The position numbers were made by a program, and so were the translations under genes. Shown in pieces: positions 23,930-34,940 of a stretch of 64,000 bases of DNA (position 1 is the stretch's first letter; the number at the start of each line of letters is the position of its first letter). The notes under the pieces are model-generated. The model was not told the origin of the DNA and did not search any database. It worked only from the letters and a program-made list of their open reading frames with translations. This DNA is from Perkinsela sp. CCAP 1560/9. Its lineage: Eukaryota; Protista; Euglenozoa: Kinetoplastea. The stretch is from positions 310,001 through 374,000 of the forward strand of contig CBFFSA010000013.1 in the NCBI GenBank assembly GCA_965644495.1, given 5' to 3'.

Positions 23930-25183
23930 TTATTTTCCTTTGCGTTCTTTTTTTGCACGCTTCTCTTCTTTTCGCTTTTGTCGAATTTCCGCTTCGGATA
24001 ATTCCTCCGTGACAACGGGGGCTTCTGCGGCTGCATATTCTGAGCGAATCTCTTCCCACCGTTTGCGTATGTGTGTCATGGGGTCATACTGGGCGACCCA
24101 TTGAGAGATTGCCAGAGCTACTTGGTGTAAAACAGCATCCGCAGTAGTCGTAGAGGTGGGCGGTGCAGTAGCCCTATCTTCAGTAGTCCTCTCTTCTACA
24201 TTAACACCAGACGAGGAATCTTCTTCAGCGCTCTTCTTCCCCTCCTCTGTTGTCTCGTTTTCGGATTGAGTCAAACACTGAATCATCCTCTCATGCGTTA
24301 CGTTTTTTACTGTGACTACTTTTCTTACATTCAGCAACTTTTTATGCAGTGCCACGGCAGGCTTGTCCAGCGTAGGCTCCAGGCCTGGTACAATAAGCTG
24401 TACAGGATGCCGAATCAGTCCAATTTTTTCCGCACTCAAGTAGGTTTCTTCCAACCTCTGCTGCACCTCTCCCGTCCTTCTACACAACTCCGGAATCCTA
24501 TCCTCCTTTTCCAACACCCTCCCCTGTGCTGCCACCTCCTCTGCCTCCGCTGCATGCTCTCTAAACAGCCTCGCGACCCACTCCCGGCTCCTCTGCTCTC
24601 GTTGTCTCGGGAAGTGCCCCCCTTTCTCCCCATCCCCACCCACCCCTTCCCACTCGGCTGCATCCTGGGCGCCCCACAGCGCTCTCCACTCCCCCATGGA
24701 CACATTCGGGTTTTGACTCCACTCGACGATGTTCTTACGAATGCGATGATTGTGTTGCAACGCCGCTGTTGTGAGGCCACTGTCCACCAGGGTAACACTC
24801 CCTACCCGGGCCGGGGCACGCCATGTGAGATAACCCCCGAGCAGTGCCCCGGGGCCGTAGCCCAGGAGATGGGCCCAGTCCACACGGAGGGCGTCGAGCA
24901 GAGCCAACACGCAATCTGCGTTTTCAGATAACGCGAAATTTGAATTAAGAAAAAGGGAAACGACACCATCCCGGTGGGCGTAGGGGGGTTGGATTAGCGT
25001 AGAGGAGAGAGAGGTGCCGAAGAGAGGGGGGGAATTGGGGGGTGTGAGGGTAGAGAGCAGGATGAGAGGCCGGGAACCACAGCAGAGATGGCCGGCACGG
25101 TTACGTAGGGGGCTGAGACGCCATATTTCGGCGTTTTTAAGGAGAGGGGAGAAATGGGGTTGGTAGGGGATGCGGGTAGGCAT
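23930..25183 (-). CDS. Alpha/beta-hydrolase-fold protein, probably non-catalytic
   Basis: LLDALRVDWAHLLGYGPGALLGG resembles the nucleophile elbow but lacks the catalytic Ser; basic C-terminal tail; start at MPTRIP inferred. Confidence 0.6.
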   Translation of the reverse strand: MPTRIPYQPHFSPLLKNAEIWRLSPLRNRAGHLCCGSRPLILLSTLTPPNSPPLFGTSLSSTLIQPPYAHRDGVVSLFLNSNFALSENADCVLALLDALRVDWAHLLGYGPGALLGGYLTWRAPARVGSVTLVDSGLTTAALQHNHRIRKNIVEWSQNPNVSMGEWRALWGAQDAAEWEGVGGDGEKGGHFPRQREQRSREWVARLFREHAAEAEEVAAQGRVLEKEDRIPELCRRTGEVQQRLEETYLSAEKIGLIRHPVQLIVPGLEPTLDKPAVALHKKLLNVRKVVTVKNVTHERMIQCLTQSENETTEEGKKSAEEDSSSGVNVEERTTEDRATAPPTSTTTADAVLHQVALAISQWVAQYDPMTHIRKRWEEIRSEYAAAEAPVVTEELSEAEIRQKRKEEKRAKKERKGK

Positions 25184-25488
25184 GGGGTCGTCTACATGGT
25201 GGAGTGAAGTAAATTGATAAGAAACATGGTTTCTTGCTTTTATGAGAAATTGTAGATTTTGTAAGAATGGGGTAGAATAATGTTTAATGTTGAAATATTG
25301 GCCGGTAAAGCCGATTTCGACCACTTAGAAATTGTTTTTAGGGCAATAAAATCATCAAAACTCGACAAGTAAAAATATCAAGCGCACTTTGTTGAACCAT
25401 ATAAATTGGATTTTATCTTGACCTTTGATATCGATTAGTCCATATTATGGAATCCCACCACCAAACGCCCCCCACTGTGTGTCACCTT

Positions 25489-27090
25489 TTAATAATCTGA
25501 TCGTTGACGGGGAGTGGCACGCATGACAGTGTCTACCCGCAGCAACACTTCGGCCGCCTCGGCCGCGAGACGCAACACACTGTCCTTCACTTTGTAGCAC
25601 TCCAAGATACCTGATTCCATCACGTCCGCAATGTCGCCTGTTTGGATGTCCAGTCCCATGTTGTGTCGACCCTCTGTGTGGGCGGCGCGAAGTTTCGTTA
25701 TGAGTTCCGTACTATCCAGACCCGCATTCTCCGCAATAATCATCGGTAGCATTCGCAGCGCCTCCGCAAAAGCATCCATTGCGAGTGCTTTCTTCCCTGG
25801 AGTTCGCCGTGCCTCGCTCTCCACCGCTGTTGACATGAGCATCTCACTGGCCCCGGCGCCCAAGACAGTTTTCGTGCTTTGTACGGTTTGACACAGCACA
25901 CACAGCGCATCATGAATAGAGCGCTCAGCTTCATCCAAAATATGCTGTGAGGTGCCTCGCAAGACCACCGTGCATGCCTCCCCCGCACGTAGCCCACTGA
26001 ATCGGATTACCGTGTCCTCCCCAATCATAACCTCATCAATCCGCTTGGCAAAGCCGTACGTTACCCCCTCGGTGTTATCAAAGGTGGAGCACACGTCCGC
26101 GCCCAGAGCCTTGGCGAGTCGCTCCACGCCCTCAAAGTCCGCGTGCTCGATCGCCATCACCCCTGCCTGGGCGAAAAGCTCCTCGGGGTAGTTGTAAATC
26201 AGCTGACGGTTAATAAAGCAATGAATGCCGTGCGCTAGAATCTTATCTACCTTGTTCTTCATTTTCTGCTTCTCTGCTTTTTCGATTTCCGCCAAGGCAC
26301 TGACGCTCTCCACCTGTACCTTAGCCCCGAAAACCTTAATCTTGTCCGCATCCATTGAGGTGTTAGCGACCATAATTTTTGCCTCCTCCAGCACCCGGGG
26401 TTGTCCCATCCCCACTTTCTTCTCCAGCAGGAACCCAGGCTCGAGATAGGAATCCGTCAGCGTGCCCCCGAGGGATTTGATCACATTAATCATCTCTAAG
26501 TTGTTCGACCCTTTCAGTCGCAGCACCGCGTCCACACAGAGCTGGGCGAAATGCTCCTTGGCGAGTGACACCACTTTGGAGCTGAGTGTCGTGCGGGCAA
26601 TGCGGAGTAAATCCTCACGAAATTTTTCCTCATTTCCTGCGTTATCCTTTGCGGCACTCTTCAGCGCGTCCCCTGCCACGGAGGCGGCGATGCGAAACCC
26701 CTCGATTACGGTCTGGGGGTGGATGGACTGTTCAAGGAGGAGACGCTCGGCGCGTCGTAGCAGCTCCCCGGCAAGTACCGTGACGCTCGTGGTGCCATCC
26801 CCGACCTCCTCGTCCTGGGCTTTTGAGGTGTCGATTAAAAGCTTCGCTGCGGGGTTGTCGATATGAAGCGAGCGAAGAATGGTGGCCCCGTCGTTGGTGA
26901 CACGCACGCCTGCGGCCCGGTCGGTGCTTTGGAGAATCTTATCCATCCCTTTAGGCCCGAGTGTGGATTTCACGACCTCCGCTACGCTGATGGCACCCAT
27001 GATGTTGGAGAGTTTCGCGTGCTCGCCTTTTTCTTCGGTGGCCCCGAGACGGAGGACGTCGTTGGGGGATTGGACAAAGCCGGGTTGCAT
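25489..27090 (-). CDS. CCT2: T-complex protein 1 subunit beta
   Basis: [54 protein letters not shown]. Confidence 0.97.
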   Translation of the reverse strand: MQPGFVQSPNDVLRLGATEEKGEHAKLSNIMGAISVAEVVKSTLGPKGMDKILQSTDRAAGVRVTNDGATILRSLHIDNPAAKLLIDTSKAQDEEVGDGTTSVTVLAGELLRRAERLLLEQSIHPQTVIEGFRIAASVAGDALKSAAKDNAGNEEKFREDLLRIARTTLSSKVVSLAKEHFAQLCVDAVLRLKGSNNLEMINVIKSLGGTLTDSYLEPGFLLEKKVGMGQPRVLEEAKIMVANTSMDADKIKVFGAKVQVESVSALAEIEKAEKQKMKNKVDKILAHGIHCFINRQLIYNYPEELFAQAGVMAIEHADFEGVERLAKALGADVCSTFDNTEGVTYGFAKRIDEVMIGEDTVIRFSGLRAGEACTVVLRGTSQHILDEAERSIHDALCVLCQTVQSTKTVLGAGASEMLMSTAVESEARRTPGKKALAMDAFAEALRMLPMIIAENAGLDSTELITKLRAAHTEGRHNMGLDIQTGDIADVMESGILECYKVKDSVLRLAAEAAEVLLRVDTVMRATPRQRSDY

Positions 27091-27360
27091 GGAAAAAAGG
27101 GGGTGAGGTGAAGATAAAATTATCGGATGTAAAATTGGCTAATGTGTAAACGGATTAATGAAAGTAAGCGGGTAGTAGTGTTGGGTAGAATGGCATAAGA
27201 ATGAACATAACAAAAATATTGAAAAAAACATAACAAATTGAAAAAACACAACAAAAATGAACATAACGTGTATCCTTTGTGTGCTCTTTAAACATTTTTC
27301 TAACTTAGGAGTTCTAAGAAAAAGTTCTTTTAAGGAAGAAATAAAAACACGTGGGGTATC

Positions 27361-29448
27361 TTAAACGTTATTTTCTCGAGCAACACGTGTCGAAGCTCGT
27401 TCATCCTGCGGTGTATAGTGCGTCGTGGAAGACACTTTGTGTCCTAGAGGTCGATCAGGATTCACATTTTCTGTCATTTTACTTGCCTTTAAGTCATCTG
27501 GGGTGGGTAATACGTCTTGAAATTTTACTGAGAGCCAATAAGGTGCAGAAGATTGAGAGGAGTTGCGCGAATACGTACTGGCCGCCGCTGAAGGACGATT
27601 TTCTCGTTTTCGCCTCTGCAGTATGTTATCTCGGACGCGCACGGCTTCCTCACGTCGAAGCGACTGAGAGAGTGCATGATAAAGTCTTTCAAGCGTTTCT
27701 AAATGGAATAAATGAAGAAGAGTGTCTCGCTCTCTCTTTGGGACACAATCATACACTGCCACAGTGAGACGAATCCAGCCGGACTTTAGAAGAAAGATCA
27801 AAATTTTGGCGGACGAGTGTATTTGACGACAAATGCCAATCTCGGCAAGCACATTCACGGCACGCTCACAGTCCGTCTCACTTCCAGAAGCCATGCACAA
27901 GGACAGAAGGCGAGCGACGAAGAGAGCACAATTATGTGATGAGTACTGCGTCGTATCCTCCGCTTTGCCAACATTAGACGTTGAGTTATCATCCGAGCTG
28001 TCTCTCACTTCTTGTGTAGGCCAACGGTTCCGCAAGGCCTGGAACCAAAGTTGCAAAATGCGTGTTGCGCTTAACCCCATGTGACTACTAAAGACGACTG
28101 AAAGATTCGTTAAACATTCAGCAAGCTTGGCTAGAACGCGGACTTCTCTTTCCGTATACGCCACCGAAGGCTCCTTCAAAATATACCTTCCGTACACGTG
28201 TGCCAATACTCTTACGTAGTCGGCTTCAGCAATGTACGGCTCCGGTGGTGAGAGATGGTTTCTCATATCTAACGCGATCCATAGACAGTGGGCCGGAAGT
28301 AACAATTCTCGGTCAAAAATGGCGCGCAGGATAAATTTCCAAGCGTCGCCTATTTTTCCAAGGACGTAGTACGCTTGCAAAACAATGCCATACATTTCAG
28401 TATTCCAGGCTTCAAAGGCATCATACGCATCGGTGGCATCGCAATGCATCTCATGTATCTCATAGGCGTGCATTACTATTTGTTCAGCAGTACTTTTATC
28501 TACCTTTCCGTCCACTAAACAAGTAAAGTCACTCTCCTTCAGGCCCCAACACGTCATGTAGGACAAGATAAACGAACTATGCATGCGCAAACCCGAATGG
28601 TGTTGTAACGCCCGCAGTGAGGTCACAAAATTCGTAGGCTCCCCGAGTACGAGCACATTGGCCGTTGCCACCGCATCCAACGTCCCCTCCCCCCCACCGT
28701 ACCCCATGGTGCGTAGAAACTGAACCCCGCAGCGGGTGAAATAGGGCCGCATCTCGTGCGCTTCCAGCGTCGTTTTGTACGGCTGCGCCCCCACCCACCC
28801 GAGCTGGTGCCGCACCCAGGGCGCGTCACACCCACTGAGCAGACACAGCGCGGCGGTGAGACCCCGAAGGCTACGGGTGTCACGCGCGGGGGTGTGCGGT
28901 GCGAGCCGCGGCTGCCACCGCAGCGCACTCACCAGGGAGAGGCGTAGGATGGATGGGGTGTTGAACGTGGTCCAGGGGAGGGCCATCCAGGGGTGGTGCC
29001 GTATGTTGCGGGCAATGCTGTGGGCTAAGGCATAGGGGGCGTGGTGACACCATACGTAGGTGAGTTCGTCGGGGGTAAAACCACCGACACAACGGGTGTG
29101 GCGGACGCGCTGGGGGGCGGTGGGGGTAGAGGGGGGGAAAGAACGAGAAAAGGCATGGACCGTTTTGTTTGTGGAGTTCTGTGTAAGATGTGAAGGGGAA
29201 TCATAAGCACGGAACCACTGTAGCACGTGGAGCGCAGAGTCGAAAGCACAACATGCGTGATGCAGAAAATACAGCCGAGCTCCTGAACAACGCGATTGGG
29301 AAAAAAGCATAGACGCCAATGTGCGGTCTTTGAGAACCGAATTTCGGATTTGGGAATAAGATCCTTTTCGTACGGACTTCTCGCCTAGGGGTCGCAAAGA
29401 TCGTAAATTGGGTCCTCTCAACTTAAACGGTACGCAAGGTGGTCTCAT
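27361..29448 (-). CDS. Hypothetical helical protein, possibly mitochondrial
   Basis: 695-aa uninterrupted ORF on the coding strand; Arg-rich N-terminus. Confidence 0.7.
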   Translation of the reverse strand: MRPPCVPFKLRGPNLRSLRPLGEKSVRKGSYSQIRNSVLKDRTLASMLFSQSRCSGARLYFLHHACCAFDSALHVLQWFRAYDSPSHLTQNSTNKTVHAFSRSFPPSTPTAPQRVRHTRCVGGFTPDELTYVWCHHAPYALAHSIARNIRHHPWMALPWTTFNTPSILRLSLVSALRWQPRLAPHTPARDTRSLRGLTAALCLLSGCDAPWVRHQLGWVGAQPYKTTLEAHEMRPYFTRCGVQFLRTMGYGGGEGTLDAVATANVLVLGEPTNFVTSLRALQHHSGLRMHSSFILSYMTCWGLKESDFTCLVDGKVDKSTAEQIVMHAYEIHEMHCDATDAYDAFEAWNTEMYGIVLQAYYVLGKIGDAWKFILRAIFDRELLLPAHCLWIALDMRNHLSPPEPYIAEADYVRVLAHVYGRYILKEPSVAYTEREVRVLAKLAECLTNLSVVFSSHMGLSATRILQLWFQALRNRWPTQEVRDSSDDNSTSNVGKAEDTTQYSSHNCALFVARLLSLCMASGSETDCERAVNVLAEIGICRQIHSSAKILIFLLKSGWIRLTVAVYDCVPKRERDTLLHLFHLETLERLYHALSQSLRREEAVRVRDNILQRRKRENRPSAAASTYSRNSSQSSAPYWLSVKFQDVLPTPDDLKASKMTENVNPDRPLGHKVSSTTHYTPQDERASTRVARENNV

Positions 29449-29699
29449 TTCTCAATAAAAAAGGTTCCGCTGAAATGTTAGTGGTATACTTCTGGAGAGG
29501 GCGCCGTCAAGAAAGACCTGCTAGTGCGAAGCAGTACAAATGTGTATAGGGTCATGGAAAAAGTAATGTGTAACAAAAAAATCCAAAGGTTAGAACGTAC
29601 AATTCTAGTCTAATTACAAAATTCCAGTGGGTAATCAAATATTTCTTCTGAAAAGATATACGGTAACATCCAAGTTTTTTGAAAAGGACTTTCTATATT

Positions 29700-30016
29700 C
29701 TGTGACCCCCCCCTTTATACTTCGCCCATTTTGAGCAGTAACAAAGTATAAAGGGGGGGGTCTGAATTTTTTCCCCGCTGTATAAAGAAAGCCGCGCCGC
29801 GAAGCGGCGCGGCTCATCCAGTTTTCCTGTCTTTCCTTTCATATCACCTTCCATTTCTAGAAGGGAAGACTTAGAACGTTCTTGTATTTATTTGTAAAAA
29901 AAGATGAAAAACTACGAAAATTAAAAAAAATCGTCCCCCCTTCGGGGGGGGGGGCACACAAAAAACAAAGTATAAAGGGGAGGTCTGACCAGCGAAGTAT
30001 AAAGGGGGAGTCACAG
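29700..30016. mobile_element. Tc1/mariner-type MITE (CTGTGACCCCCCCCTTTATACTTCGC TIR)
   Basis: Right end GCGAAGTATAAAGGGGGAGTCACAG followed by TA; internal GTATAAAGGGG repeats; sister copy at 49900-50097. Confidence 0.85.
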
Positions 30017-30818
30017 TATGTTAATGTTGAATCACTGCCGCAGGCTTACAGTAATTTACTGTGCCCCAACTTGTGTGCCGCGAGTTTTGGCCATACGGCA
30101 CTATAAGTGGGGGGTACTCGAATTTCCAAAAAAAAAAAGAATGTCAGCAAAAATGTTTAAATTTTAGAAATAAAAGTAAGCGGTAAAGCGTAGTTTCTGA
30201 GACAATTAATAAAACATTTGAGGCTAGTGAGTATACTACTCGCAAATCTAAGGAGGAACTCCTTATCCTCCCAACTGTGTGAATCAAATTCGTTTGAATT
30301 CAGACTGTGTGAATTTAAACCGTGTTAACCGCGTAAAATTACTAATTTTTTCCTTGAACCTAATCTGTATTAAAAAATCGAATTTCCATTTCTCTTTAAC
30401 TTTTTTCTTCTCCAAAGTTGGACGCTTGAGAGAATACACGTGTATCTTACAGGATGATAACAAATAAAACAGCGTGCACATAAAAAGATCAACAAACGAA
30501 TCTTTTAGATTCGGTTATACCACCCGATGCACAAGGCACGACCATGAGCGAAATACAGGAGCCAGGCATCGGAACCGTCGTGTTCCGGCTGCACGCGCAA
30601 CTCAAGTGCAAGGAACCGGTGAGCTACAAGATCTACCACAAAAGAAAGCCTGCGGGTACACCACCCGAGACCGCACCGAAACCGCACCGAATCTTCTAAA
30701 AAGCAAATGTTGCATCTTCGCTCCCCCTAATACACTGCACTTTCTGAAATTGTATACACTGCATCTTCTGAAAAGGAAACGGGGTAACTGCCTTGTACCT
30801 CCAAAAATGCAGTAGCAA

Positions 30819-31427
30819 CTACGTTGCCTTCCGCTTCAATGCATCTTCTATTATATTTCGTATTTCGTCTTCCTCTCTACGGTCACGGGATCTTATCCGA
30901 GTGCGAGCAGCCTCCATTCTTTCTAGTTCCTCTTCAGAATTCGCTGTTCCTTTGCGCCAAACTACTTTCATCTGAGTACGTCGCAATCGAATTTTCTCCC
31001 CGGCGCTGGAGCAAGCGGATTGAGAGTCTGGTGGACATTGGTAAGCCAAAGATTCTTTATGACTTGTGACATTAATGTTCGCTGCGTGAACAGTATTATT
31101 TTTTGCATCTATAACCGTTTGTGCAAGAACTGGAAGCTCTTTTAGTTCTTCGTCCGCTTCGTGTGCTAATCGTCGACTATCGCTATTACGAGCAATGGAA
31201 TGCATCTGGCTCTTAGGTAGAACATTCGCTGTCCGTAACTTTTCGCTCGAGGTGGGTGAAACATGCGCTCTGCTGGGCTTTCCGCCTCGTAACACTTTTT
31301 GTGCTTCTCGGGTCACTTTTGTGCCAAAGCGTCCATCATTTTCCCACAAGCTGGAGCGAAATACAGGTAGGACTCGGCGTGATCGGTCTCCTAACGGGTG
31401 CGCTAAGGGTGGAATATCTTGAGGCAT
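30819..31427 (-). CDS. Hypothetical protein with charged C-terminus
   Basis: 202-aa ATG ORF on the coding strand. Confidence 0.6.
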   Translation of the reverse strand: MPQDIPPLAHPLGDRSRRVLPVFRSSLWENDGRFGTKVTREAQKVLRGGKPSRAHVSPTSSEKLRTANVLPKSQMHSIARNSDSRRLAHEADEELKELPVLAQTVIDAKNNTVHAANINVTSHKESLAYQCPPDSQSACSSAGEKIRLRRTQMKVVWRKGTANSEEELERMEAARTRIRSRDRREEDEIRNIIEDALKRKAT

Positions 31428-31780
31428 TGATTCATATGACAGCAGTTACTAGTGTCCAAAAACGATTAACAAACTGTTAAGTCCTTTTTATTGTTTTATT
31501 CTCTTTTTTTGCACGCTACCTCATTCTTTACAAATAGCATGTCGTATTTTTTCCCACAAAACGTGTCGTAAAGACTTACAATTTAATTATCTTCAATACT
31601 ACAATAATCTACTTTTACAACAGCACTACAGCTTCGTTCCATTAGGAATAGCAAAACTGTTTTCGCAGGCCCAAACTAGCCCAGAGCACATGCCCAAATG
31701 ATTTGAGATTCCCAAATGATTCTGGATTTGAAATCCAGAATCGTACGCCCATGATATTCTCCCGTTTCATAACCATCTCC

Positions 31781-33460
31781 CTACTCGGAAGGCTTTTCAA
31801 GGTTTAGCAATGAAGATTCATAATCTTCAGGGGCTTCAAATCCGAGCATCTCTATGAAGGTAGCTGTGATGTTTGCAAGTCCCGCTTTCTCGAGGTTGCC
31901 TCTCAATGAGACAAAATCAGGTAGTGCCGGTCCCCCAATCAGGACAGGCACGGGCGCAAGAGTGTGTGACGTAAGCGGAATAACCTTGTCGGTATTTGGA
32001 TACATCTTTGGAGTACCATCCGAGTTCCTCTGAACCATGTCGTCTGCATTGCCATGGTCAGCAGTGATAAGAAAGGAGCCTTTTACCTCCTCGACACAGT
32101 CAAGAAGCTCATGCAATACCTTGTCAACGGTCTCCATCGCTGCCACGGTGGCAGCCATGTCTCCCGTATGCCCCACCATGTCACCATTCGCAAAATTAAT
32201 TCGCACAAGATCGTATTTCCCGCTTCGTAGCGCGTTGACGGCAACACCACAAATTTCCGCCGCCTTCATTGTGGGCTTTTCGTTAAACACACAACAGTCA
32301 CTTGGGATTTCTACGTACGTCTCCAAATCAGCCGAGAATTTGCCACTCCGGTTGCCGTTCCAAAAATATGTCACGTGACCAAACTTTTGAGTCTCGCTGC
32401 ATGCAAGCAGACGCACCCCGCTGGCCGCGAGGTACGCCCCACTGGAGCGCTCGATCAACGGAGGGGGAACACAGTAGTACTCCGGGATACGCATATCCCC
32501 ATCATACTGCATCATACCCGCGAAGTGGACCTTCGGGACTACACCACGGTCAAACTTATCAAAGGAGGCATCGCTGGAGAACGTCCGACACAATTCCAGT
32601 ACCCGGTCTCCTCGAAAGTTAAAACACAGCACCGCATCCCCATCCTGAATCCGCCCCACCGGTCCTTCCTCATTCGTCACACAAAACGGAGGCAGGTACT
32701 GATCCGAACTCGCCGCATTCTCCCTTCGAAACGTCTCCAGAGCCTCCGGGACACTCCCAAACGCCCGCGCGTTCCCATGCACGTGGGCATCCCACCCACG
32801 CTGCACAATCCCCCAATCCGCCTCATACCGGTCCATGGTGACATACATCCGTCCCCCACCGGAGGCGATCTTGGCATCCGGGAACTCCCGCAGCACCTCC
32901 TCGAGCTCCTCCGTGTAGCTCTCCGCGGTGTGGTCGGGCACGTCCCGTCCGTCAAACAACACATGGAGCCGCAGCTTCGTGGCCCCATCCGCGTGGGCCT
33001 GTCGGAGTAGAGCGTACAGATGTCTCGTGTGACTGTGCACACCGCCGTCGCTGAGGAGACCGATCAGGTGGAGTGTGGCCCCGGGGGCTTGGAAGGCGAC
33101 TCTTAAGTGGTCGTACCCGTGACTGTGCCACAGGGTGCCGTGGGTGAGGGCGTGGTTCACCAGGGTCGCCCCCTGGGGGATCACGCGACCACAGCCCATG
33201 GTGTTGTGCCCGACCTCGCTGTTCCCCATGTCGTTGTCGGAGGGGAGACCGACAGCGACCCCGTGGGCTTTTACGGTAGTGCTACGGGTGGGGTGGGCGA
33301 GGAGACGGTCGAGGGTGGGGGTGGAGGCGAGGTGGATGGCATCGTAGGCGTCCCCAGGACCGACCCCGACACCATCTAGGATGACGAGGAGGAGGGGGCC
33401 GGAGGGGGAGGGGAGGGTGGGATGGGGGCGTAGGCGAAGAGAGGGGGTGGGGGAAGGCAT
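31781..33460 (-). CDS. 2,3-bisphosphoglycerate-independent phosphoglycerate mutase (iPGAM)
   Basis: VILDGVG, DMGNSEVGH, LSDGGVHSH, DGRD, NFRGDR, SETQKFGHVT, NGDMVGHTG, TADHGNAD; start at MPSPTP inferred. Confidence 0.96.
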   Translation of the reverse strand: MPSPTPSLRLRPHPTLPSPSGPLLLVILDGVGVGPGDAYDAIHLASTPTLDRLLAHPTRSTTVKAHGVAVGLPSDNDMGNSEVGHNTMGCGRVIPQGATLVNHALTHGTLWHSHGYDHLRVAFQAPGATLHLIGLLSDGGVHSHTRHLYALLRQAHADGATKLRLHVLFDGRDVPDHTAESYTEELEEVLREFPDAKIASGGGRMYVTMDRYEADWGIVQRGWDAHVHGNARAFGSVPEALETFRRENAASSDQYLPPFCVTNEEGPVGRIQDGDAVLCFNFRGDRVLELCRTFSSDASFDKFDRGVVPKVHFAGMMQYDGDMRIPEYYCVPPPLIERSSGAYLAASGVRLLACSETQKFGHVTYFWNGNRSGKFSADLETYVEIPSDCCVFNEKPTMKAAEICGVAVNALRSGKYDLVRINFANGDMVGHTGDMAATVAAMETVDKVLHELLDCVEEVKGSFLITADHGNADDMVQRNSDGTPKMYPNTDKVIPLTSHTLAPVPVLIGGPALPDFVSLRGNLEKAGLANITATFIEMLGFEAPEDYESSLLNLEKPSE

Positions 33461-33729
33461 AGAGGAGGAGGAGGGAAAGAAGGGAGGGTGGAGTGAATGT
33501 GAGAGAGAAAAAAGGATTTGGAAGTTTGTGGAGAGTTGTTTTTGTGTGAAGCTACTACGTAAGCTACCTACAAGCCAGGGGTCCGAATAACTATGAAATT
33601 TTATTGAGGGAGATACTACTCCCTCGCTACCCAGCATTAATAAAACTTGGCTCGAAATTTGGCCCGAAATTTTTTTTCCGGAAAATGTTCTTTCGCAAAG
33701 AACGAAAGGCAGCTCTACAAATAGATAGT

Positions 33730-34149
33730 TAGAAAAGAAAAACGCACCTTTTGGACGACTCGAGACCCCCGTCTTCAGAAGCGATTTGCAAAGCCCGATT
33801 TGCCACGTATGCTTTTTTCAACAGGAAGCTTGGGATACGCAAGACCGTAGAGGAAGGAGGAGGCGCAAGGCAAAAAGCAGAAGGCGGAGCCTTCTGCCTT
33901 TTTGCCGCAGCGAAGACGACTTCCTCGCGTGGAAAGCTGTAAGGAGTACTAGGGAACATGTTTTTACTATGTAACCCAGGGTAAAGTGGACGAGGGAGAT
34001 ACCAACAGTGTAGGTGCGGCAGTTTTCACAGGAAAAACGGTATCTCCCTTATGGCATTAAGACAAGCGACTAAAAAGGTAGAGACGCCGTTTTTCCTGTG
34101 GAAACTGCCGCCCCTACACTGTTGGTATCTCCCTCGTCCCCTTTACCCT
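33730..34149. repeat. About 420-bp inverted duplicate of 35147-35560, including an ACCCAGG foldback MITE from 33974
   Basis: Reverse-complement homology; the derived pseudo-ORFs (MDDSRPPSSEAICK...) occur on opposite strands. Confidence 0.85.
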
Positions 34150-34441
34150 AAAATTTTATTGCGGTGGTTGTATAACTACATCTCTACTCTCGATTATTGA
34201 AAGAGTGACCAAAACAGTTACCGTGCGCGTAAAAATTGAGGCATAATATTAATTAGTGCAGGACGTTTTTGAAAGCAAATTACTTCACTAATTTCTACTG
34301 CACTAATTTTTGCGAGTCTTATTATTAATTTTTTCTTAAGAGATCAATGAGAGTAACAAGACAAAGGACAAGACAAAGATAACAAAAAGAGCCCACAGCA
34401 AAGCAATGATTAGAGAAATACATTATATAATGTGCTGATTC

Positions 34442-34875
34442 GAAGAGAAGAAGAAGACACGGAGGGCTCTGCAGGGACAACCGTTAGGGTAGAGTCTCAG
34501 GTCACCGACCTTCATCGTCTTGCTACCCCCTTCCCAGACGGCACTCGACGCCTTGCGGCCCGAGCACGGATACCCAACCGTAGCTACCAGGACGGGCGTC
34601 CACCCCGTTGCATCGTGTAGGCTGTGTCTCAAGCCTCCTTTGCGTAGGCAGCTCGCAATTTAGCGGCTGCGCTGGAGCCTGGTTCAGCTCGGCGGTTCCG
34701 GGTCGGTCCTCCAGGGGAGCGGGGTTGGGTGTGGGCCTTGAAGGCACTCCTGATCGCTTTCCCTTTTTAGTGAGGCCGCCAGGTTGCGAGTTTTGTCGAT
34801 AGCGGGAATCGAACCCCCAACCTGCAGGTTGTAAGGCCCACCGTCTACCAACTACGCCCGCACCGCATTTTTTTT
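34442..34875 (-). mobile_element. Candidate tRNA-derived SINE
   Basis: Minus-strand head with A-box-like GGGCGTAGTTGG (34848-34859) and B-box GGTTCGATTCC (34805-34815); GC-rich body; (TCT)n tail; CTGATTC direct repeat at 34435-34441 and 34876-34882. Confidence 0.6.
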
Positions 34876-34940
34876 CTGATTCAGTATACGTACGTATGAA
34901 GAATACAAGTGCGAAGAAACGAGTACCGTCAAAATACTTC

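Noticed and set aside
24266-33590. Numerous antisense or alternative-frame ORFs, e.g. 24266-24931 and 32375-33010
   Set aside because: Shadows of GC-rich coding sequence in conserved minus-strand genes.
34795-34866. Functional tRNA-Val(TAC) gene
   Set aside because: Anticodon and acceptor stems do not pair; only the A and B boxes are retained.
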